Position numbers and translations under genes: made by a program. The notes below the pieces were generated by a model that was given only the letters and a program-made list of their open reading frames with translations, ran no database searches and had not been told where the DNA came from. From positions 1-29,288 of the IMG/VR virus record IMGVR_UViG_3300017909_001442: a stretch of 29,288 bases of DNA, one strand, 5' to 3'. Position 1 is the first letter of the stretch. Every line of letters starts with the position of its first letter. This document shows positions 17,301 through 26,300 of this stretch, piece by piece. This stretch comes from a virus. Its lineage: Duplodnaviria > Caudoviricetes.

Positions 17301-20300
17301 TCCTATTTCTGAACAAGAAGTTCGCAAAAGACTACAATCACAATATAATAAATTTGCAACTATAGCTGTTTTTGATAATAAACAAATAAAGTCAGTATTT
17401 AATAGGGGTACCTTTGAAGAAAACAATGCAAACATTTCTTATCAATTAGAACCTGATGTAGTAGAACAAGCTGTTAATCTATATCCTGATGTAATGGGTG
17501 ACACTGGTAAGTCTGCAAGTAAAGCTGAAAGACTACAAAGATTTTTAGGCCGTTTAAAGACGAGAAAAACCAAAGCTAATCCAGTACAAAAAGATATACC
17601 ATTAGAAAAGATGATTGGCAGACCTAAGAACCTTACAGCTGTTAAAGTTGAATTAAAAGATGGTGGAGTTGTATACGCTGGACCAAAATCAGCAGAGCAA
17701 TGGCTTGAACAAGTGAATAGTATACTTACCGAAGAAGAGCAAATAAAAGCAAGTAAATGGTATGAAGAAGCTTATCCAGCATTTTTAGAATATTTTGGAG
17801 AAGAAAATGCTGTTCCGTATATGGTAGGATGGCTAATGGGTAATGTAAATGCTAGTCCTCAAGATGCTTTATCTAATTTGTATTTAGGATTAGAGCAATT
17901 AAAAGCTGAATTCCCATCAATGAAATCAGCTGGTTTACCAGGACCAGCTAAAAATTTAAAAAAGTTATTTGCTGGTGAGAGAACAGAAGCTGGTGCTGGA
18001 GTAAAACTATACGACTTTTTAGATAGTGCTTTAGGCAAGAAGACCAGGACTATAATGCAAGATGACCCTCGTGCTGGTAGTGCGGTAGCAGATGATAGGC
18101 ATACTAATAGAGATGCTGGTTTTGTTGATGCAACAATGTATGATGAACTACTAAAACTAGCAAAGGACCCAAGCGTTTTAGATAATGTAATTATTGACCA
18201 AAAAAGAACGTACAAGCAACAATTTGATAAAAATAAAAAACCTATTTTTAACAAAGATGGTACTCCTAAAATGAAAGGAAGTGTAGCTGGTCCAAACGAG
18301 ACACAATATGAATGGGCTGTAAAATCCTTTAATGAGATGACCAAAGAGATAAATAGTACTGGTTACCTGGGTGGTGATTTAGCTCCAGCTCAGATACAAG
18401 CTATTGGATGGACAGCAATTGCAAGAGCATTACAAACTAGTGAAGGTATGAGTATACCTGATAGTTTTAAGAACCAAGAACCTACAATTGCATTTGAACT
18501 TAATTTTGGTAAGGACACTCCATATAGTAAAAAATTTGGTGATGCATACAATGAGCTTACACTAACTGAACAGCAAAAATTGACAGATGAAATTGTAAAA
18601 GATATTGTTCCTGAGTTAGCAAAAGATATTGGTTTAGATATATTAAAAACATCTTCCAATGTTATTGGTGCTTGGAAAGGTGATGTTAGTGCTAATCAAA
18701 CTATAGTTGTAAGGGGTTCTAATCAAGCTATAAAAGGAATGATGAATTCTTTAGGTTTGTTACTACAACAAGATTCTATTGGTAGTATAAAAATGAATAG
18801 CAGTTTTCCTGGTCTTGGATTGGCCTGGTATAACCCAGCTTTAGCCGACCCCAATATAGCTGGTATAGTGTATAGAATTTTAGAACAAGAATTAGATGAT
18901 AAACTTGTCCCAGGGTTTTTTATGGAAAATGATTTTACTGGTGAAGGAGAAGGTTTTAATGTAAAAAATGAACATGCTATGATTATAGGGACTGACATAA
19001 AACAAAGTGAATTGATACAATTTGAAGACCAGTTGGAAAATGCAATAGAAAGAATTAATGATAAGCTTGACATTGATATGCAGTTTCCAGTAGCTTTCGG
19101 ACAGAAATATGAAGCAACAAATAATCAATGGCAAAAAAGTACTAAAGGGGAATCGTATACAGATTCCATTATTGAACAGTTCGGGAAGCCTTTACAAAAA
19201 AGGCTCAATGATTATTATGCGCCAAGGGTCGAAAAACGACTCCGAGAACGACTCCTCGACAAGAAAAGAAAACAGCTAAAATCCTACCAAATAGTTCCTG
19301 ATTTTGACTTAGCATCCGAAATAGATGCTATAGAAAGAATAGACCAGGATAGACCTTTAGATATCACATCGGAATCCTTTTCTTTTAAAGGTATTAAAAT
19401 GGCATTGCGAAGGGGTATCATTGATTCAATGGACCCAGTTATATCTTTACAAGAGGATATCAAAAGCGCATACCTGGGAGATGCTAAACTAAGGGAACAT
19501 TTAGACGTTGCATTAAAAGCGGAATTATCTGTAGGTAGAATTCCTGAGTTAATAAAAGATTTTAATTCTAAGTCTATAGACGGCCAAAATGCGAATAGTT
19601 TTGTGTCTAGGCTATATAATGACTTAGGCATGGATGTAGATGAGTTTAGTGACTATTTATATGCTAAACATGCAGAAGTAAGAAATAAGCACATTAAAGA
19701 TAAAACTGATGGTGAAATGGAAGATGGAAGTGGTATTTCTAGCGCAGAAGCAAAAAGGATACGAAGCGAAATAAATAAAAAATATGGTCTTAAAAAACTT
19801 AATAAATATGTAAAAGAATTTAGAGAGACATTTATTGAGCCTGAGATAGAATTAAGATATAAAGCTGGTTTATTAAGTGAACAAGATTATAAAAACCTCA
19901 CAGACCCTAGTGTTAACCCAATAGCAAAAAATTATGTACCGCTATTTAGGGAATTTGATGATGAAGATGTAACAGTTGATTCAGCTGTGGGCCAAGGTTT
20001 TAATGTTCGTGGTAGTGAGTATAAAAGAGCTAAAGGTAGTAAGCGCAAAGTTAGGAATGTAGTTGTATCATCGGCTGAAAGAATGCATTCTGCTATTATT
20101 AGAAGCGAAAAAAATAAAGTAAATAAAACTTTATTGAATTTAGTCGAGAGCTTTCCAAGTACATCTTATGAAGTAAGAGGATTGTCCTATAGCCCACAAT
20201 ATGATAAAGATGGAGAAATAAAATATTTAGTACCAATGGAGGAGGGTTTAAGAACTGAAGATGGTACAGCAATTACAAAAGATAATACAATCAACGTAAA

Positions 20301-21978
20301 AGTTGATGGTAAGGTAAAGCAAATTATATTTAAAGGGGAACAAGGTTATAAGATTGCAAGAGCGATGAAAGATATGGGTGTAAGAAGAGTGCATAAATAC
20401 TTTACTTACTTCAACACATATCTTAGATATGTAAATACCATATACAATCCCAAATTTATATTTTCAAATTTCCTACGAGATTTACAAACAGCCAAAATAA
20501 ATATAAGTGCTGAACAAGGCGATGCTGTAATGAATCAAGCTATAAGTCGTAAGAACATATCACAAGCTTGGAAAGCTGTATTTAACATTGCTAGAGATAA
20601 TGATGTTGACAGCGAATGGGCCGACCTATACAATAGAATGAGATTAGCTGGTGGTAAGACTGGTTTCTTTGATTTTAAAAGTATAGAGGACAAAATAGCT
20701 CAAATGAATAAAAACCTTGGTAAGGTTGATAAGACTGGTAAGGGAGTTATAGCTGGTGGAAAGGCCATACTTAATTTTATTGAAGACATAAACGAAGCAA
20801 CAGAATCAGCAATAAGATTAACTTTATTCAAGGCTATGCTAGATGCTGGTTTTAGTGAGGCGCAATCTGCAAGTGGTGCTAAAAATGTAACTATTAACTT
20901 TAATAGAAAAGGTGAGTGGGGTCCAATTTTGAACTCAGCTTATTTATTCGCAAATGCTGGTATACAAGGGACTAGAAGAATTTACACAGTGGTTAAAAAT
21001 AGTAAGAGAGCTAGACAAGCTGTAAGAAGCTTGGCATTAGCTGGTATGACTGAATCATTAATAAATCATTTTGGAGATGATATCGCAGACAATGATGATG
21101 AATATGAAAAGCTAAGTGACTTTGAAAAAGATAATCATTTTATTTTAAGAGTGGGTAAGGAAGTTTATTTCAAATTTAGATTACCATACGGATTTAATGT
21201 ATTTAAAGTAGCTGGTAATATTGCTGGTGATGCTATATGGGCCAATATGAATGAAGAGGCTTTTAGTATGACTGATGCTTCCTGGAGATTTGTAAATGCT
21301 TCATTTAATGCATTTAGTCCATTAGGTACTGGTCCATTGTTACAAGTTCTATCTCCAACTTTCTTTGACCCATTTGTTCAATTAAGCGGTAATCAAAATT
21401 TTTATGGTGCGCCAATATATCCAAAGGACCATAAATATTTAAAAGCAGATGTATTACAAACTTGGGAGACAACACCTGATGCATATAAAGCTGGTGCAGA
21501 AGGCTTATTTAAAATAAGTGGTGGGTCTTTAAGGTATGATGAGAATGGTAACCCAGTAGATGCAACAAGAGGACCTGGAGTTGCTGGAGTTTGGGGTGAT
21601 ATGAGTCCTGAGACATTTGAATATTTTGTTGATTACCTTGGTGGTGGATTAGGTACGGAGGTAGTTAATACAGTAAATGCTGGAATTAGTTTAGTAAATA
21701 GAGATATGGATTTAACATTAAATAACACACCTATTGTAAATCTATTTTTTGGTAATTACAAAAAAGATTCAGAAAAAAGAATTTTATATCAAATGGAAGC
21801 AGAATCAAAAAGACATCTGTTTTCACCACTTGAAAGATTTAAATATCAGAAATATCTAGATGATTATAAGAAAAAAGGTAACATATCTGATAAAGAGTTT
21901 TTAAAGAGAATGAAGACGTTTGATAAGAATCAGGAAGAGCGTATAGCGATAAGAGAAGAATATAAGCTTATTAAGTAG
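14359..21978 (+). CDS. Large polyvalent ejection protein (2539 aa): hydrophobic N region, degenerate zincin, GNAT, ART-PolyVal-like, glycosylase-like, LPD38-like C-terminus
   Basis: GNAT motif A VDESKRRQGIGSSLL. ART-PolyVal pattern FKKWFG..VMYHGS..WFSD..IYPVYL..ENP..GYDG..VFDNKQIKS. C-terminal NFNRKG..YLFANAGIQG, RLPYGF, NQNFYGAPIYP, DMSPETFEYFVDYLGGGLG. Confidence 0.85.
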   Translation: MSDWRERLKDLDIESLGGNTYSVEGVNNVVSPTTQPMNEVPQIKIEPIENKSLVDSIIEKGEDPNVPMVPEDKYKLPKQLTTIDSLRKKGFDNKRIFDAMEELERIEAEKEERKKNPVQGPQDPSIPKIEIQEDDDYLDRLIKPIKAQFLAGELKKTIGGVMQQLAVTQPGPRIGRGGRVIRDFSVEEATERTLNNPIFKTGVKLFESGMEDFASRPDLQPTDNFMDYEWSDPKFIASAVGQALPSFLTFIIPSTAVAVATRNPSAVFATTMATAYGMEAGSMYNEAIEAGLTPQEASNVASTVGVINSMISLIPAGGIFTRLGLGNKAIQDIMIKGAIRRQFAKNVGKKAFIGGFTEMSEEILQECTNILAETTQLGKEYTTEEIIKRLQAVAIGGGALGLGGGVGSGYVQTKTDVKQAIFEENKDEILAQRNQLQERLTVETQAQMINDDEANDFNIQYNKEDDGSREILESEIKARGYNPEQFPLIGENENGEKRYGVRVNGATDSKGNISLSNRATGSTILEEVIESRVKQLRNSKNVQERALADKIEIWAKSVRKKASEMGLELRFSEEGEGNLELFSDAILYTKGGFKGLDQKFEDAIYVPDDLANQFIGVIGEMSDGTKIFDALKASGPGIAPNQQFASGVDAEMQSQLYGPPKKQRSPPTAKIPKSKKSNQMVGGSVIQEKAKVTVEDANNPNGIDTYTTLSVDGGKIVIGQMEDKTRRPFIYEIEVDESKRRQGIGSSLLQQAINMFGVINGQASNDSAVEMNYKLGMRAYDKSGRELSLAETKKRRREDTSVQMISKVGDRNIDSPAFKKWFGNSVVQNDNRPVVMYHGSPYSFDKFATDEDGISWFSDNSELANVYARQRTQELQLSDYDGSAQIYPVYLKVENPLILTKDLNENISVEEFNDLTGVDVSKVTELQDSGDILAIWEFLAEPGVQNAIKKAGYDGVAGTESHRNKDFSMNQLMQGVLSEDSPISEQEVRKRLQSQYNKFATIAVFDNKQIKSVFNRGTFEENNANISYQLEPDVVEQAVNLYPDVMGDTGKSASKAERLQRFLGRLKTRKTKANPVQKDIPLEKMIGRPKNLTAVKVELKDGGVVYAGPKSAEQWLEQVNSILTEEEQIKASKWYEEAYPAFLEYFGEENAVPYMVGWLMGNVNASPQDALSNLYLGLEQLKAEFPSMKSAGLPGPAKNLKKLFAGERTEAGAGVKLYDFLDSALGKKTRTIMQDDPRAGSAVADDRHTNRDAGFVDATMYDELLKLAKDPSVLDNVIIDQKRTYKQQFDKNKKPIFNKDGTPKMKGSVAGPNETQYEWAVKSFNEMTKEINSTGYLGGDLAPAQIQAIGWTAIARALQTSEGMSIPDSFKNQEPTIAFELNFGKDTPYSKKFGDAYNELTLTEQQKLTDEIVKDIVPELAKDIGLDILKTSSNVIGAWKGDVSANQTIVVRGSNQAIKGMMNSLGLLLQQDSIGSIKMNSSFPGLGLAWYNPALADPNIAGIVYRILEQELDDKLVPGFFMENDFTGEGEGFNVKNEHAMIIGTDIKQSELIQFEDQLENAIERINDKLDIDMQFPVAFGQKYEATNNQWQKSTKGESYTDSIIEQFGKPLQKRLNDYYAPRVEKRLRERLLDKKRKQLKSYQIVPDFDLASEIDAIERIDQDRPLDITSESFSFKGIKMALRRGIIDSMDPVISLQEDIKSAYLGDAKLREHLDVALKAELSVGRIPELIKDFNSKSIDGQNANSFVSRLYNDLGMDVDEFSDYLYAKHAEVRNKHIKDKTDGEMEDGSGISSAEAKRIRSEINKKYGLKKLNKYVKEFRETFIEPEIELRYKAGLLSEQDYKNLTDPSVNPIAKNYVPLFREFDDEDVTVDSAVGQGFNVRGSEYKRAKGSKRKVRNVVVSSAERMHSAIIRSEKNKVNKTLLNLVESFPSTSYEVRGLSYSPQYDKDGEIKYLVPMEEGLRTEDGTAITKDNTINVKVDGKVKQIIFKGEQGYKIARAMKDMGVRRVHKYFTYFNTYLRYVNTIYNPKFIFSNFLRDLQTAKINISAEQGDAVMNQAISRKNISQAWKAVFNIARDNDVDSEWADLYNRMRLAGGKTGFFDFKSIEDKIAQMNKNLGKVDKTGKGVIAGGKAILNFIEDINEATESAIRLTLFKAMLDAGFSEAQSASGAKNVTINFNRKGEWGPILNSAYLFANAGIQGTRRIYTVVKNSKRARQAVRSLALAGMTESLINHFGDDIADNDDEYEKLSDFEKDNHFILRVGKEVYFKFRLPYGFNVFKVAGNIAGDAIWANMNEEAFSMTDASWRFVNASFNAFSPLGTGPLLQVLSPTFFDPFVQLSGNQNFYGAPIYPKDHKYLKADVLQTWETTPDAYKAGAEGLFKISGGSLRYDENGNPVDATRGPGVAGVWGDMSPETFEYFVDYLGGGLGTEVVNTVNAGISLVNRDMDLTLNNTPIVNLFFGNYKKDSEKRILYQMEAESKRHLFSPLERFKYQKYLDDYKKKGNISDKEFLKRMKTFDKNQEERIAIREEYKLIK

Positions 21979-21998
21979 TAAAAACTGCAATTTAACAG

Positions 21999-22027
21999 TT
22001 TAATACCTTTACCAGTTAAAGAAAATT
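21999..22027 (+). promoter_or_regulatory. Third, variant copy of the motif (TTTAATACCTTTAC), upstream of tail fibre module
   Basis: 12/14 identity to 699-712, preceded by AG as in copy 1, intergenic. Confidence 0.45.
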
Positions 22028-22037
22028 TGAGGTACCT

Positions 22038-23168
22038 ATGGCATCATTAAATAACAAAACACCAGCAGAAACTTTTAAAGATTTATTAACTGTGAATTCA
22101 GGTACTGATAACCAGGGCCTGGAATCAACATTAAAGACAGTATCCGATGGTGAAGGTATAGAATCAGCGATACAGCTATCAACTACTACCTTAAAAATAC
22201 CAGCTGGTAAAACCTTAGAAATAGCTGGTACTCTTGCGGTATCAGATGCATCTTTAATTGGTGATTTAAGTGTAGGTGATGATTTGACAGTTACTGACCT
22301 TATTTCAGGTCAAAGAATGGATATTACTGCTGGAATTACAAGTGGTGGTGATATAGAATCAGGAGCAAGGTTAACTGCTCAAGAAAATATAGAAACTCAA
22401 GAAAACATAGTAGCAAATCAAGCATTAATAGGCGGTGGATATGGTTCAACTGGTGTTACAATAGAAGCAGATGGTGACATAAAAGCTGATGGTGCTTTAC
22501 AACTTGGTGGGAATATACTAGGTAGCGGTGTATGTGAAATGGGAAGTGCTTTATTCGGTGGTGGATATGGTACATCAGCACCTAATAATACTGGTTTAAC
22601 TATTCTTGGTACTGGAGAACTAAGAGCAAATGGTAAAATATTAACTGACCACAGTTTTGAAGTTGGAGGTGGTTTTGGTAGTACTGGATGTACAATTGGT
22701 GGCGATGGCTCCATTAACTCAAATGGTTCTTTAACTGTGGATAGTAGAGTAACAATTGGAGGTGGATATACTGGGTCAACAAGTGGTGGAACTGGAATAA
22801 CTATTGAAGCTAGTGGTAGAATAAATACAGATGAAATAATTGTATGCCAAGCAGTTCAAACAGCTGGAGGAACCATATCTTCAAGTGCAAGTGATTCTCC
22901 AAAAGTAAAATTAGATGATGCTACAGAAATAAAACTTACTGTGAAAGATGGTACTAATGATAAAGAGATTTTAAAAGTTAAAGATGATGGAGAAGCTACA
23001 TTTAAAAGCAAAGCTGGAGATACAAAATTTATAGTAAAAGACACTGGGGTTTTAAAGTACACAGCAAAGACTACTGCAGAACTTACCGCAATTAAAGATG
23101 CTGGTAATGCAGTGGCTGGTGATATTGCTTACGATTCAGTAAAAGGATTTGTGATATATGTACCATAA
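22038..23168 (+). CDS. Short tail fibre / spike-like protein with GGG[YF]G..TG.TI...G repeats
   Basis: SD GAGGT. Gly-rich beta-repeat sequence with four GGG[YF] repeats. Confidence 0.7.
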   Translation: MASLNNKTPAETFKDLLTVNSGTDNQGLESTLKTVSDGEGIESAIQLSTTTLKIPAGKTLEIAGTLAVSDASLIGDLSVGDDLTVTDLISGQRMDITAGITSGGDIESGARLTAQENIETQENIVANQALIGGGYGSTGVTIEADGDIKADGALQLGGNILGSGVCEMGSALFGGGYGTSAPNNTGLTILGTGELRANGKILTDHSFEVGGGFGSTGCTIGGDGSINSNGSLTVDSRVTIGGGYTGSTSGGTGITIEASGRINTDEIIVCQAVQTAGGTISSSASDSPKVKLDDATEIKLTVKDGTNDKEILKVKDDGEATFKSKAGDTKFIVKDTGVLKYTAKTTAELTAIKDAGNAVAGDIAYDSVKGFVIYVP

Positions 23169-23194
23169 TGTAAATAACAATAGGAGAATGCACA

Positions 23195-23389
23195 ATGGAT
23201 AAGTTAACTCAACAAGAGATGGAGTTCGTAATCCAGGCTATAGCAAATACAAGCATCCAGGCAAAGGATTCTGCATTTGCTCAAGGTGTTCTTGAAAAAC
23301 TAGGAGCAAGTTATCAATCAATGATAAAATCTTCTGACAAGAGCAATAAGAAGGCTGGTAAAGCGAACTCAGCACAAGTGAGTGCTTAA
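23195..23389 (+). CDS. Small protein between fibre genes (possible fibre connector or chaperone)
   Basis: SD TAGGAGA, 64 aa. Function inferred from position only. Confidence 0.65.
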   Translation: MDKLTQQEMEFVIQAIANTSIQAKDSAFAQGVLEKLGASYQSMIKSSDKSNKKAGKANSAQVSA

Positions 23390-23391
23390 TT

Positions 23392-26300
23392 ATGGCTGAT
23401 TGGAAAAAACTCTTAGTAGAGAATCCTCCAGCTAGCGACATAGCATCTTCCCCAAGTTCGGGGAAGGTGCTTAAAGTCTCCTCTAATGGTACTGGATTAG
23501 AATGGGCAGATGATACTGGAGGTGCATTTAGTGATAATGGTTCTACTGCAACTGTTACAGATAGAGTTGTTACAATTCAAGGTAGCTCATCAGCTATTCC
23601 TACATTAGATATCAATCCCCCTTTAAGTGTATCGGGAACATCTTACAGTAGGATTCGTGTACAAACATCGGGCAGAGATTTACGATTTAATTTAAGAAAT
23701 GGTTCTAGCACATCTGATGTGATGACTATAACACATGATAGTAAAGTTGGAATTGGAACATCCTCACCTAGTACATCTTTAGAAATTAGTAATGGTGCAA
23801 GTAAATCATTATTGGTCAATTCAACTTCGGGTACAAGTACTATATCTGCACAAAAAGATGGTAATTATGTCAAATTAGGTGCAAATGGTACGAGTGGATT
23901 TATAAAGTATGGAAATACAACTACTTCAACTGCAAGAGATTTAATATTTTTTGAAGGTGGTGGTAGTGAAACTATGAGATTAACTGATGCTGGAAAATTA
24001 GGCATTGGGACATCTGCTCCTAATAGTAACTCAATTTTACATATAGTTGATGGTGCTGGAACAATGCCAACTACTCATGCTGGGGATTCTTTAATTGTAC
24101 AAAATAATGCAAATACAACAGATGTTTCTGCTATATATGCGATTGCTGGAACTGCTGGAAGTTCGCACATAGTTTTTGGAGATGCAGATAGTAAAAATCC
24201 CGGAAGGGTTTCATATTATCACAATAATGATTATATGTCATTCCATACTAATACTACAGAGCAAATGCGAATTACTTCTGCTGGTAATATTGGCATTGGT
24301 ACAACTTCGCCCAGTGATAAGTTGCATATTGCAGATACTGGAACAGACTCAGATGGAAGATTAAGGTCTACAAGTCAAAACGTAACTAGTTCTATTGGTT
24401 CAGCAGAAGGTGATAATAGATATTTTTTTGCTGGTGCTGGTTTAGAAATAATGACAAACTCAAACCATCCTATACTATTTTCTACAAATGTGACTGCTGG
24501 TAGTGCAACGCCTCAAATGATGCTTAATACGAGTGGTCAATTAGGCATTGGAACGACTTCTCCAAGTTCTACTTTAGATGTTGCTGGAGATGCAAATATT
24601 GACACAAAATTGTGGTTAGGTAATACTCATAATGCCGGTCAAACTTGGGCGAGTATGGGGAATCAAGGCAATGAACTTGTTATTGATGGTGGTAGTAATT
24701 CGGGACTAACAATAGTAACTGGTACATCAAACGCTGGTTATATAAATCACAACAATTATAATAGTGCTAATTATCAGCATATAAAATTTGATTCAGCTAA
24801 TGCTGGAATGTTTTTTAAAGCTGGAGGAACAGATAATGTTCTTTCATTAAAATCAACTGGAGTCGGTATTGGTACGGCTTCGCCTAGTGCGAAACTCCAT
24901 ATTTTAGCTGGAAATGATAACGATGCAATAAGAGTCACTGGAGCTGATGCTAATTATTATGGCTCTTTACATTATACAAACGCATCCACTACAACCTTTA
25001 ATATTTTAAATAGTTATTCTGCTAATAATGCCTCTGCAATAAAACTTGGATTCGGTAGCGTATCATCAAATGTTAATGTAATGACATTGTTAAAAAGTGG
25101 AAATGTTGGTATTGGCACAACTAACCCTACAGAGGCTCTTCATGTAGAAGGTGCAATACAACAATCTAAAATAAAAATTTATAATAGTGGTAATCAAGGG
25201 TTTATAGACCATAGTGGTGCTTTTGGTGGAAGTACATTTTTTATTAGGCAACTTGGAAATAATCACGATATAAGATTTCAAACAAATAAAGGCGGTTCAA
25301 CTACAACTGCTTTAGCTATTGATGGCTTAACACATAACATTGGTATAGGTATAGAATCGCCTACAAATAAGCTTCACATAAATCACAACTCATCTACAAC
25401 ACTTGGATTATATGTTGCACATTCTGCGGATGAATATGGCTCACTTGCTAAATTTTATACAAACTCATCAAACAATACTGCTAGAAGTTTAGTAGAAATT
25501 CATAATGATAATGCTAGTTCTACTGCTATCATTCCTTTAAAAATTACTCAAGATGCAGATGGAACTGCTTTAGCTATTACAAATGGAAAGGTTGGTATCG
25601 GAACATCCTCACCCGAAGAAAAGCTAAGTATTGGTAACGGAAGTATTCAGTTAGAAAATCTAAAAAATATTACTTGGTCAGATTTAGGCGATGGAAATAA
25701 TGGTAGAGTAAGAATATATGGTAGTGAAGATTCTGATTTTATTAGAATGAATGTTGATAATAATAATAACAAATCATTTGCTTTGACTACAACTGGTGTT
25801 GGTATCGGTACGCTCTCACCTACGGAAAAACTTCATGTTGCTGGTAACATTTTATTACCATTAAATGCTAGTAATACAAGTCACAAACTAAGACTTACTG
25901 GTGATGCAACTAGTGAGATATATCAATATTCTTATAATGCTTATTGGACAACTTCTTTAAATCATTTTTTTGTATCAAGAGATGGATTTGTTCATAGAAA
26001 TAGTGATAGTTCAAAACAAATACTTTTTAAACATGATATAAATGGCGGTCACTATATTGCATCTACTATGTCTGATTTTAATTTATTAGCTGGTGCTTCA
26101 ACTGGTGCATTAGGTTTTTTAACTTCGGGAAGTTCAACTACATATAAAGCTATACAAAATGTAAATACTAGCAATACCACTATGGGGTTAAAGTTTAACA
26201 CCAAAGCTAGTGGTACAGATACAGAAAGAATGAGAATTACTTCTGCTGGTAATGTCGGCGTTGGTACAACCTCGCCTAGTTATGGTTTACACATAGACAA

